Below are positions 34,771-44,276 of a DNA stretch of 64,000 nt, piece after piece; position 1 is the stretch's first letter; each line of letters starts with the position of its first letter. The notes beneath the pieces are model-generated. The model made no database searches. It was given only the letters and a program-made list of their open reading frames with translations, and was not told where the DNA came from. This DNA comes from an uncultured Chloroflexia bacterium (GTDB lineage Bacteria > Chloroflexota > Limnocylindria > Limnocylindrales > CSP1-4). The stretch spans positions 1,170,782 through 1,234,781 of the forward strand of contig CAWDXA010000011.1 of the NCBI GenBank assembly GCA_963806175.1, written 5' to 3'. The translations under genes were made by a program, and so were the position numbers.

Positions 34771-35597
34771 GCGAGCCTCCGCTGGCTGGGCAACGTTCGG
34801 TCGTATGACGCCACCAGGGCGGGACCGAGTGACTCCGCCGACACGCCACGCTGCTCCGCCAGCCAGCGAGCCGTGACCGCGACCCATTCCGGCTCATTCC
34901 GCTTCCGCGGCGCCCCAGGCGGCGGCAGGAACGGCGAGTCGGTTTCAACCAGGAGGCGGTCCGGGTTTGCGATCGAGGCGGCAATCGCGGCGGCCTCCTC
35001 GCCGCGCCGGAAGACGAGGCCAGAGAAGCTGATCGTGAGCCCCAGGTCGACCACGATCCGGGCGTAGTCGGCCGGTCCGGAGTAGGAATGGATGATCGCG
35101 CCCGGCCGGTCGCCGAAGGCCGCCGCCCAGGCCGGTCCGCCGACCCCCGCGGCCCGAAGTTCCGCGACCAGGGCGTCCTGGGCGTCCCTGGCGCCCGCAG
35201 CCGAGCGGCAGTGCAGGATGGCCGGCTTGCCGGTGTCGAGGGCGAGGCGCAGGTTCCGCCGGAGGTTGACCAGCTGGTCCGGGATCGGGCTGAAGAGGCG
35301 GTCGAAGTCGAGCCCGGTTTCGCCGATGGCGACGACCCGCGGGTCGGTCGCCCAGCCCTCGATCGATGCCCAGCCCGCCTCGTCAACCTTGTCCGCGTCA
35401 TGCGGATGCACGCCGACGCCGGCATCCATCCAGGGAAAGCGGTCGACGACCCCGAGGGCGCGCTCGCTCGAAGCCACGTTCCAGCCGGGCACGAGCAGCC
35501 GCTCCACGCCCGCCAGCCGGGCGCCGCCGACGACCAGGTCGACGTCCCCGTCGAACCGGTCGGCGTTGAGGTGGCAGTGGCTGTCGATCAGGCGCAC
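34767..35597 (-). CDS. tatD: TatD family nuclease
   Basis: IDSHCHL; GVHPH; AIGETGLD; LHCR; IHSYSG; LVETDSPFL. Confidence 0.95.
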   Translation of the reverse strand: MRLIDSHCHLNADRFDGDVDLVVGGARLAGVERLLVPGWNVASSERALGVVDRFPWMDAGVGVHPHDADKVDEAGWASIEGWATDPRVVAIGETGLDFDRLFSPIPDQLVNLRRNLRLALDTGKPAILHCRSAAGARDAQDALVAELRAAGVGGPAWAAAFGDRPGAIIHSYSGPADYARIVVDLGLTISFSGLVFRRGEEAAAIAASIANPDRLLVETDSPFLPPPGAPRKRNEPEWVAVTARWLAEQRGVSAESLGPALVASYDRTLPSQRRLA

Positions 35598-35678
35598 TCA
35601 GGCGATGGTAGCGGCCGGCGACGCGAACCGGGCAATGCCGTCGTGGCGGCCGGCACCGGCGGGTCAGGCGCCCCGGAG

Positions 35679-37338
35679 TTACGGAACCTCGGCTTCGGTG
35701 TCGAGACGCGGGAAGAGCGGCTCGGGAGCCGTCACGTGGCCGTCCGTACCGGGTCCGCTCCCCCATTCGAGCAGCGCCAGGATCGCCGGCCCGCCGTTGC
35801 CGTCCGGGCCGTACGGGTAGTCGTAGCCGAGCTGGGCCAGGACCCGTGGCGCGGTCCCCGGCAGGAACGGGGCCCCGGCCAGGCCGAGGAGCCGGCAGGC
35901 TTCGAGCAGGTCGCCGAGGACGCCCCGGAGGCGTTCGCCGGCGGCCGTGTCGCCGGCCTTGGCCAGCTTGGCCAGTTCCCACGGCTTCTCCAGGTCGACC
36001 AGCCGGTTGGCGGCGCCCACGAACCCCCACAGCGCCGCCAGCCCTTCGTGCAGCAGGCAGGCCTCGATCGCCGCGCGGTAGGCCGGCAGCGCCAGCCGCC
36101 AGGCGTCGCGCAACGAGCCGGCGCCGGTCGGAGCGGGCCGCTCGCCCGCCAGGTACCGGTTGGTCATCGAGACCGTGCGGTTGACCAGGTTCCCGAAGTC
36201 GTTGGCGAGGTCGGCGTTGTAGCGCCGGACAAAGGAGTCCCAGCTCACCTCGGCATCGCGATCGAAGGGGACCTCACGCAGGGCGACGTACCGCGCGCCG
36301 TCCTGGCCGAACGCGGTCACGAAGTCGTTCGGGTCGAGGAAGTTGCCGCGGCTCTTGCTCATCCGCTCGCCGCCGGCGGCCAGGAGCCAGCCGTGAACCC
36401 AGACCTGGCGTGGCGCCTCCAGCCCGGCGCTCCACAGCATGGCCGGCCAGAAGATCGTGTGGAACCGGGCGATGTCCTTGCCGATGACGTGGAGGTCGGC
36501 CGGCCAGAAGCGATCGAACGGCGGCCCGGTCGTCGGGGAAGCCAGCCCCGGTGATGTAGTTGATCAGGGCGTCGAACCAGACGTAGATCTTGCCGGCCTC
36601 GGGATCCCAGGTGCCGTCCTCGCGGAGCGACGACTCGCCGTTCTCGGCGACCGGGAACGGGATGCCCCAGTCGCCGGGCGTCCGCTCGCGACTGATCGAG
36701 ATGTCCTCCAGCCCGCCGCGGATGAACCCGAGCATCTCGTTGCGCCGGTGGTCGGGCTGGACGAACTCCGGGTGGTCGGCGAAGTGGCGTTCGAGCCGCT
36801 CCTGGTAGGCCGACAGGCGGAAGAACCAGTTCCGCTCGGTCAGCCATTGGAGCGGCACGTCGGGATGGTTCGGGCAGATCGTGCCGCGGGCCGTCTCGAC
36901 CACGTCGGTCGCGTTGCGGAAGCCCTCGTTCGGGCAGTACCAGCCCTGGTAGGTCCCCGGATAGATGTCGCCGTTGGCGTGCGCGCGCCTGACCATCTCC
37001 TGGGCGGACCGGAGGTGATCCGGGTCGGTCGTCCGGATGAACCGGTCCGGGCTGATCCCGAGTGCGGCCTCGGCCGCCTTGAAGAAGCCCACCTTCTCGT
37101 CGACGAACTCGCGCGGCGAGCGGCCCTCGTCCACCGCGCTCTGGGCGATGTTGATCGAGTGCTCGTCGGTGCCGGTCAGGAACCGCGTGTCGTCGCCGAG
37201 CATGCGGTGCCAGCGCGCGATGACGTCGGCGCCGATCACCTCGTAGAGCGTGTGCAGCCCCGGCTTGTTGTTGGCGTAGGCAATCGAGGTCGTGAGGTAG
37301 AAGCGAGGGCGATCGTGTCGATCGCGCTGGTCGGTCAT
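35679..37338 (-). CDS. metG: Methionine--tRNA ligase (frameshift near 36520)
   Basis: FYLTTSIAYAN; LTGTDEH; YVWFDALINY; IGKDIARFH; MSKSRGN; LANDFGNL. Confidence 0.95.
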
Positions 37339-37486
37339 GGGACGGCGATGGTAGCAGCGGCGAGGGGTCGCGAGGCGGCTGGCGCGATGACGGCGGCCGG
37401 CCACGCGGGACTATCGGACGCCCTGCCTGACCGATTGGTCCGTCGACGGGCCGCACCAGCCGTCGGACCATTGACGCGCGACCGCG

Positions 37487-39415
37487 ATGGCCGGTCGTGT
37501 CCCCTCCAGAGTGAGCGTCTCCTTGGCCTTCGAAGCGCAATCGATGCGCAAGCCGATCCGCCGTCGAATGATGCTGTCCGTGACGGCCGGCATCGTGCTG
37601 CTCGCCGTGCTCGGAACGGCGGTGATCCTCCTGATCGCCTCGTCCCATCAGGCGTTTGCCGGACAGCGGACGGCGATGGACGGCCTGTCGGATACCCGCC
37701 GCCAGCTGATCCAGGCCGTCTTCCGCGAGGAGACTGCCGTCCTCGATTACGAGCTCACCCATGCCCAACGGGCATCCGGGGAATTCGAGGCCGCGGCGAG
37801 AGACTCGGCGGCCTACCAGTCCCGGCTCGCGGACATCGCCAGCGACGAACCGCCGCTCGCCGCCCTCGTCGCCAAGGTCTCGACGCTAGTCACCGGCTGG
37901 CACCAGGAGTGGGCCGAACCGCTCGTCAGGTCACTCCGTGCCGGAGCGCCAATTCCATCCACCGGGCCACTCGCCCCGGAAGAGGGCGAGCGCCGGTTCC
38001 AACTGGTCGAAGGAGCGTTCGCCGAGCTGGATCGATCGATCGAGACGAGGCGGGCGACGCTCATGGCGGCGCAGGATTCGGACACGCAGCGGCTCGTCCT
38101 CGTGATCGGGATGGCCATCCTCGTGTTCGGTGCGACACTCCTGGCCCTCGGCGTCTGGCTCCTGCGGACGATCAGCGCACCACTGGCGCGGCTGAGCCAG
38201 ACAGCGGCCAACCTCGTTCGCGGGTCGTCCGTCAGCTTCCGGGCAGAACGCCCCGATGAGATCGGTACGCTCGCCGAGGTCCTCGAGCAGCTGCGCTGTG
38301 ACGTGGAACGACGCTACGCCGCCGCGCGCTCCGACGCAGACCGCTCGGCGACCTACAGCAAGCTCGCCGAGCTGATCTCGTTCTCGTCCACGGAGGAGGA
38401 CCTGGTCGGCGCCGCGATCCAGGCGATCGGTCTCCTGACCTCGATCCCGAGCGGCGACGTCGAGCTTGCGAACCCGTCGCAGACGGGCCTGGTCTACGCT
38501 GCGGCCTGGGGCGAGCCGGCACTCGATCTCGGCCGGCCCGTGCCGATCGATCGGATGGACCGCTGCCCCGGCATCCGCCGCGCGTCGGCGTACCTCGACG
38601 CGGACGTCGAGGACGAGCTCGCGATCCATTGCCCGGCCCAGCGCGCGACAAGCGGAGCCGCAGCCTGCGTGCCGATGGTCGCCCTCGGCCAGGTGATGGG
38701 CGTCATCCACCTTTCCGTTCCGGACGCACAGCTCTCCGGCGAAGCCGTCACGGACGTGACCCGCGTGGCCGAGCAGGTCGCCATCGCGCTGGCAAACGCT
38801 CGGCTGATGAAGACGCTCGAAGGGCTGGCCATGACCGACCCATTGACCGGTCTGCCCAACGCCCGCTTCTTCGACTCGTTCCTCGAGCAGCAGCTCCTCG
38901 CCACCCGGCGAGATGCCGAGCCGCTCGGCCTGATCATGATGGACATCGACCAGTTCAAGGGGTTCAACGATACGCACGGCCATCCATCCGGCGACGAAGC
39001 CCTTCGCGTGTTCAGCCGCGTGGTCCGCCAGGTCCTGCGCGCATCGGACGTGGTCGCCCGGTACGGCGGCGAGGAATTCATCGTGGCCCTGCCCGGGGCC
39101 AACCAGGAGGAGACCCGGGTCGTCGCCGAGAAGCTCCGAGCGGCCGTCGAGGACATGGTCGTCGAGATCGGCCCGGGCCGGTACGGCCGCATCACGATCT
39201 CGCTGGGAGTCGTCGCGACGGACGACCGGCCCGTTGACCGGAGGGGCCTCGTCGCGCTGGCCGATGCCGCGCTGTATCAGGCCAAGGAGCGCGGCCGGAA
39301 CCGGGTCGAGGTGGCGCCGACCTCCGAACACGAACTCGTTACGACCAACCGACGCCGCCACGACAAGACGACCCCGTTCCCGGTCCCAGACCCCGCCCGG
39401 AAGCGTTCGGCCTGA
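37487..39415 (+). CDS. Membrane sensor diguanylate cyclase (CHASE3-like, HAMP, GAF, GGDEF)
   Basis: Two TM helices; DEIGTLA HAMP; AIALANARL; TDPLTGLPN; RASD..RYGGEEF. Start may be 37544. Confidence 0.92.
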   Translation: MAGRVPSRVSVSLAFEAQSMRKPIRRRMMLSVTAGIVLLAVLGTAVILLIASSHQAFAGQRTAMDGLSDTRRQLIQAVFREETAVLDYELTHAQRASGEFEAAARDSAAYQSRLADIASDEPPLAALVAKVSTLVTGWHQEWAEPLVRSLRAGAPIPSTGPLAPEEGERRFQLVEGAFAELDRSIETRRATLMAAQDSDTQRLVLVIGMAILVFGATLLALGVWLLRTISAPLARLSQTAANLVRGSSVSFRAERPDEIGTLAEVLEQLRCDVERRYAAARSDADRSATYSKLAELISFSSTEEDLVGAAIQAIGLLTSIPSGDVELANPSQTGLVYAAAWGEPALDLGRPVPIDRMDRCPGIRRASAYLDADVEDELAIHCPAQRATSGAAACVPMVALGQVMGVIHLSVPDAQLSGEAVTDVTRVAEQVAIALANARLMKTLEGLAMTDPLTGLPNARFFDSFLEQQLLATRRDAEPLGLIMMDIDQFKGFNDTHGHPSGDEALRVFSRVVRQVLRASDVVARYGGEEFIVALPGANQEETRVVAEKLRAAVEDMVVEIGPGRYGRITISLGVVATDDRPVDRRGLVALADAALYQAKERGRNRVEVAPTSEHELVTTNRRRHDKTTPFPVPDPARKRSA

Positions 39416-39440
39416 ACGAAGGGCCGCGGCTCGGCGCCCG

Positions 39441-41675
39441 TCAATGGCGGAAGTGGCGGACGCCCGTGCAGACCATGGCCGCTCCGGCAGCATCGGCGGC
39501 GGCGATCGCGTCCGCATCGTGCATGGATCCGCCGGGCTGGACGAAGGCGCTGACCCCGGCCCGCAGGCAGACCTCGACCGCGTCCGGGAACGGGTAGAAG
39601 GCGTCCGACGCGCACGAGGCGCCCCGGAGCGCCGCCTCGCCGGCGTACGCGCGTGCCTTCTCGACGGCACCACGGGCCGCGTCGACGCGTGACGTCTGGC
39701 CCGAGCCCATCCCGATCAGCCGGCCGTCCTTGACCAGCACGATCGCGTTCGAGCCGACGCCGCGGACCAGTCGCCAGGCGAGATCGAGATCGCGCTGCTC
39801 GGCGGCCGTCGGCGCGCGGCGGGAGGCGACGGTCCAGGTCGCCGGGTCGTCCCGGGCGGTGTCCGGCATCGTCACCAGGACCGCCCCGCCCGCCGAGCGG
39901 ACGGATCCGCGGGGGTCGGGTGGCGAACCCGGCCCGTCGCGGCCCAGGTCCGGGTCGACGACCAGCCGGAGGTTGGGCTTGCGGGCCAGGATCCTGCGCG
40001 CGGCTTCGTCGAACCCCGGTGCCACGACGACCTCGAGGAAGATCGACACGAGTGCCTCGGCCACGGGCTCGTCCACGGGCCCCGTCAGCGCGACCACCCC
40101 GCCGAAGGCCGAGACCGGGTCGCCAGCCAGCGCGGCCTGCCAGGCTTCCAGCAGCGTGGGGCGTTCGGCCGCGCCGCACGGGTTGGTGTGCTTGACGATC
40201 ACGACCGCCGGTCCGCGCATGGCGCGGCCCAGGGCGTCCGCCGCGGAGGCGTCCAGCACGTTGTTGTAGGACAGCGGCTTGCCCTGGAGCGGCGGCTCAC
40301 CGGTCGCGAACGGGCCGTCGGCCGGGCCACTCCCCGGGCGCCTGTAGCGGGCCGCGGGCTGGTGCGGGTTCTCGCCGTAGCGGAGCGACTCGACCTTCTC
40401 GAGCGCGATCGTCAGCCGCTCGGGGTACGGGTCCGTGGCCCCGGGCAGGCCCGGCTCGTCGGGGAGGTCGAGATCCGCGGGCAGGCGCTCCGGGAGGACC
40501 TCGGCGATCCGCGCGTCGTACGCCGCGGTGTGACGGAACGCCTCCACGGCCAGGGCCGCGCGAAGACCCTCGCCGACCCCGCCGTCGCGCTCGATGGCGT
40601 CCAGCACCGCGTCGTAGCGCGCCGGCGAGGTCACGATCGCCACGTTGGCATGGTTCTTGGCCGCTGCGCGGACCATCGACGGCCCGCCGATGTCGATCTC
40701 CTCGACCAGCTCGTCGAAGGTGATCCCGGGTCGCTCGGCGGCGGCGGCGAACGGATAGAGATTGACGACGACGAGCTCGAACGGGGCCATCGCCGCGGCC
40801 GCGAGCTGGCGGCGATGGCCGGCCAGCCGGCGGTCGGCGAGGATCCCGCCGTGGATCCGTGGATGGAGGGTCTTGACCCGGCCGTCCAGCATCTCCGGGA
40901 AGCCGGTCACGGCGGCGACATCGGTCACCGGCGAGCCGGCGTCGCGCAACGCGCGGGCGGTACCGCCGGTCGACACCAGCTCGAAGCCGGCCCGCACGAG
41001 GCCCGCGGCGAACGGCACCAGGCCCGTCTTGTCGGAGACCGACAGCAGGGCGCGGCGCGGCACCGGCACCACCCGATCCGCGCGCTCGGGATCGAGGACG
41101 ACGCGGCGGCCGTCGAGTCCGACGGCGAGCGCGCCCCCCAGCAGCAGTGCCACCGCCCGGGGCAGGAGGCGGTGCTCCACGGCGCGGATCCGGGCGTGGA
41201 GCGTCTCGACGTCGTCGTCCGGCAGGACGGCCACGGCCTCCTGGGACACGATCGGGCCGCCGTCGAGCGTCGCGTCGACGAGGTGGACGGTGCAGCCCGT
41301 GACGGTGACCCCATGGGCCAGCGCGTCGGCAACCGAATGGGCACCGGGGAAGGCGGGCAGCAACGAGGGGTGGGTGTTGAGGATCCGCCCGGCGAACTCG
41401 TCGAGCACCCGCGGGCCGATGATCCGCATGTAGCCGGCCAGCACGACGACGTCGGGCGTCAGGGCCGCCAGCGTCGAGGCGAGCGCTTCGTCGTCGGCGC
41501 CGGGGACCAGCGCCGTCTCGATCCCCTGCTCGGCCGCCCAGTCGAGCGCGGCACAGGCACGATCCGCGAACACGATCTCGATCGCGCCGCCGAGCTCGCC
41601 GCGAGCGGCTGCGGCCGCCAGCGCGCGGAGATTGGAGCCGCCGCCCGACACACCGACGGCGATCCGGCCGGTCAC
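39441..41675 (-). CDS. purH: Fused PurN-PurH (GAR formyltransferase + IMP cyclohydrolase/AICAR formyltransferase)
   Basis: One frame: SGGGSNL, LAGYMRI, NTHPSLLP, HLVD..LDGGPI (PurN), then RALLSVSDKTG, VKTLHP, IDIGGP, RYGENPHQ, KHTNPCG, RHFRH (PurH). Confidence 0.95.
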   Translation of the reverse strand: MTGRIAVGVSGGGSNLRALAAAAARGELGGAIEIVFADRACAALDWAAEQGIETALVPGADDEALASTLAALTPDVVVLAGYMRIIGPRVLDEFAGRILNTHPSLLPAFPGAHSVADALAHGVTVTGCTVHLVDATLDGGPIVSQEAVAVLPDDDVETLHARIRAVEHRLLPRAVALLLGGALAVGLDGRRVVLDPERADRVVPVPRRALLSVSDKTGLVPFAAGLVRAGFELVSTGGTARALRDAGSPVTDVAAVTGFPEMLDGRVKTLHPRIHGGILADRRLAGHRRQLAAAAMAPFELVVVNLYPFAAAAERPGITFDELVEEIDIGGPSMVRAAAKNHANVAIVTSPARYDAVLDAIERDGGVGEGLRAALAVEAFRHTAAYDARIAEVLPERLPADLDLPDEPGLPGATDPYPERLTIALEKVESLRYGENPHQPAARYRRPGSGPADGPFATGEPPLQGKPLSYNNVLDASAADALGRAMRGPAVVIVKHTNPCGAAERPTLLEAWQAALAGDPVSAFGGVVALTGPVDEPVAEALVSIFLEVVVAPGFDEAARRILARKPNLRLVVDPDLGRDGPGSPPDPRGSVRSAGGAVLVTMPDTARDDPATWTVASRRAPTAAEQRDLDLAWRLVRGVGSNAIVLVKDGRLIGMGSGQTSRVDAARGAVEKARAYAGEAALRGASCASDAFYPFPDAVEVCLRAGVSAFVQPGGSMHDADAIAAADAAGAAMVCTGVRHFRH

Positions 41676-42811
41676 GCCGTCGCCTCGAGTGGCGACTCGA
41701 CGTAGCGTGCTCCGCCCAGGCGTTCGGTCTCGACGACCTCGCCGATGTACGAGGCCTGGATGGTGTGCGCCGCGAACCCGGCGACGGCTGCCGGGACGGC
41801 GTCCGGCGGCACGACCGCGATCATCCCGATCCCGCCATTGAACGTGGCCCGCACCTCCTCGTCGTCCATCCCGCCCAGCGCCCCGACCAGGCGCATGACC
41901 GACGGCATCGCCCACCGGGCGGGGTCGACGCGCGCACCGAGACCGTCGGGCAGGGCGCGCGGCACGTTCCCGGGCAGACCGCCGCCGGTGATGTGGGCGA
42001 GACCGCGGAGGTCCCAGCCGCGCCCGCGCAGCGCTTCCCGGACCCGGAGCAGCGCCCGGGCGTAGATCCGGGTCGGGGTCAGAAGAGTCTCGCCGACGGT
42101 CGCCATGGTCTCGTGCGGTGCCAGGGCCAGCGCCCGGTCCGTGGCCGCGTCCCCGAGCGTCCGGCGGAGGCGGGCCTGGTACGGCTCGGCCAGGCTCAGC
42201 TCCCATTCGGACACGAGCGAGCGAACGAGCGAGAAGCCGTTGGCGTGAAGCCCCGACGACGCCAGGCCGACGATGGCGTCGCCGGGCCGCACGGCCGACC
42301 CGTCGATCATGCATGTGCGCTCGACCACCCCGATCGCGGCACCGGCCAGGTCGAAGGCGTCGGCCGGCATCAGGCCCGGGTGCTCGGCCGTCTCGCCGCC
42401 GACGAGCGCGCAGCCCGCCTCGCGGCAACCGGCCGCCACGCCGCGCACCAGCTCGGCGACCGCCGCCGGGTCGAGCTCGCCGACGGCGACGTAGTCGAGG
42501 AAGGCCAGGGGCTCGGCGCCGGTGCAGGCGATGTCGTCGACGCACATCGCCACGAGGTCGATCCCGATCGTGTCGAACCGCCCAACGGCCGTGGCGATGG
42601 CCGTCTTGGTCCCGACGCCGTCGGTCGAGGCCACGAGCACGGGCTCGCGATAGCCGGCCGGCAGGGTGAACGCCCCGCCGAACCCGCCGAGCCCGCCGAG
42701 GACCTCCACGCGCCGCGTCGACTCCACGTGGGCCCGGATGAGGTCGACCGCGCGCGACCCGGCATCGACGTCGACGCCGGCGGCGCGGTACGCACGGCGC
42801 GCGTCAGCCAT
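41672..42811 (-). CDS. purM: AIR synthetase
   Basis: STDGVGTK; GGETAEHPG; SSGLHANG; AHITGGG; TFNGGIG. Confidence 0.97.
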   Translation of the reverse strand: MADARRAYRAAGVDVDAGSRAVDLIRAHVESTRRVEVLGGLGGFGGAFTLPAGYREPVLVASTDGVGTKTAIATAVGRFDTIGIDLVAMCVDDIACTGAEPLAFLDYVAVGELDPAAVAELVRGVAAGCREAGCALVGGETAEHPGLMPADAFDLAGAAIGVVERTCMIDGSAVRPGDAIVGLASSGLHANGFSLVRSLVSEWELSLAEPYQARLRRTLGDAATDRALALAPHETMATVGETLLTPTRIYARALLRVREALRGRGWDLRGLAHITGGGLPGNVPRALPDGLGARVDPARWAMPSVMRLVGALGGMDDEEVRATFNGGIGMIAVVPPDAVPAAVAGFAAHTIQASYIGEVVETERLGGARYVESPLEATA

Positions 42812-44273
42812 GGGCTCCCGGCGTCACCGGCTCCTCGAGGATGAACTTGCGGCTCGCCGCGTCGTACGGGACCGGGTCGGGGTAGTGGCCGTCGAAGCAC
42901 GCGAAGCAGAACTGCTCGTACGGCAGGTCCAGCGCCGCCAGCACGCCGCGGATCGACAGGTAGCCCAGCGAGTCCGCCCCGATGAACGCGCGGATCTCCT
43001 CCTCCGAGTGGGTCGCCGCGATCAGCTCGGTCTCGACCTGCGTGTCGATGCCGTAGAAGCACGGGTGGAAGATCGGCGGCGCGCTGATCCGGACATGGAC
43101 CTCCGTCGCCCCGGCGCGGCGGAGCAGGTCGACGATCCGCTTGGTCGTGGTCCCGCGGACGATCGAGTCATCGACGACGATCAGGCGCTTGCCGGCTACG
43201 ACCGCGGGCAGCGGGTTGAGCTTGATCGTCACGCCACGGTGGCGCAGGCCGGAGGACGGCTGGATGAACGTCCGGCCGGCGTAGCGGTTGCGGTACATCC
43301 CTTCGCGATACGGGATCCCCGAGGCCTCGGCGTAGCCTGCCGCCGCGGGCGCGCCGGTGTCGGGCACAGGCATCACCAGGTCGGCCGCGGCCGGGTGCTC
43401 GCCGGCCAGCTCCATCCCCATTCGGCGCCGCGATTCGTACAGGTTCCGGCCCTCCATGTACGAGTCCGGGCGGGCGAAGTAGATGAGCTCGAAGACGCAC
43501 AGCGCGGGCGTCGCCGTGGCATGCCGGACCGAGCGAGGCGGCTTGCCCGGCTCGAGGACGACGAGCTCGCCCGGCTCCACGTCACGGACGTACTCCGCGC
43601 CCACGATGTCCAGCCCGGCGGTCTCCGACGAGAGGCACCAGCCGGCCGACGCCTCGTCACCCGCCGGCCACAGGCCGTCGTCGCGCCCGCCGGCCGCGGG
43701 CCTCGGCAACCGGCCAAGGACGAGCGGCCGAAACCCGAACGGGTCGCGCACGCCGATGACCCGGCGCTCGTCGAGGATCACCAGCGCGTAGGCGCCGCGC
43801 ACCCGCGGGAGCACCCGCTGGAGCGCCTCCACGGTGTCGGCGGCGGGCTCGTCCGCCAGCAGCGCGGTCAGCAGCTCCGTGTCGGTCGACGCCGGCAGGC
43901 GGGTCCGGCCGCCCTGCAGCTGGCCGAGCAGCTCGCGCGTGTTGATCAGGTTGCCGTTGTGGCCGATCGCCAGCGCCCGGCGCGGCCCGAGCCGGTAGGT
44001 CGGCTGGGCGTTCTCCCAGATCGTCGAGCCGGTGGTCGAGTAGCGGCAGTGGGCGATCGCGAGCTGGCCGCGGAGGCTGGGCAGCCGGTGCTCGTCGAGG
44101 ACCGAGCTGATCATGCCGAGGTCCTTGTAGAGCATCAGCTGCTCGCCGTCGCTCACGGCGAGCCCGGCCGACTCCTGCCCGCGGTGCTGGAGCGCGAACA
44201 GGCCGAGGGCCGCGATCGCGGCGGCATCCGTCGGCTCGCCACCCGGCACGACCGCGCCGAACACGCCACACAT
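42804..44273 (-). CDS. purF: Amidophosphoribosyltransferase
   Basis: N-terminal MCG; QHRGQESAG; HNGN; VDDSIVRGTT. Confidence 0.98.
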   Translation of the reverse strand: MCGVFGAVVPGGEPTDAAAIAALGLFALQHRGQESAGLAVSDGEQLMLYKDLGMISSVLDEHRLPSLRGQLAIAHCRYSTTGSTIWENAQPTYRLGPRRALAIGHNGNLINTRELLGQLQGGRTRLPASTDTELLTALLADEPAADTVEALQRVLPRVRGAYALVILDERRVIGVRDPFGFRPLVLGRLPRPAAGGRDDGLWPAGDEASAGWCLSSETAGLDIVGAEYVRDVEPGELVVLEPGKPPRSVRHATATPALCVFELIYFARPDSYMEGRNLYESRRRMGMELAGEHPAAADLVMPVPDTGAPAAAGYAEASGIPYREGMYRNRYAGRTFIQPSSGLRHRGVTIKLNPLPAVVAGKRLIVVDDSIVRGTTTKRIVDLLRRAGATEVHVRISAPPIFHPCFYGIDTQVETELIAATHSEEEIRAFIGADSLGYLSIRGVLAALDLPYEQFCFACFDGHYPDPVPYDAASRKFILEEPVTPGAHG

Positions 44274-44276
44274 GTC

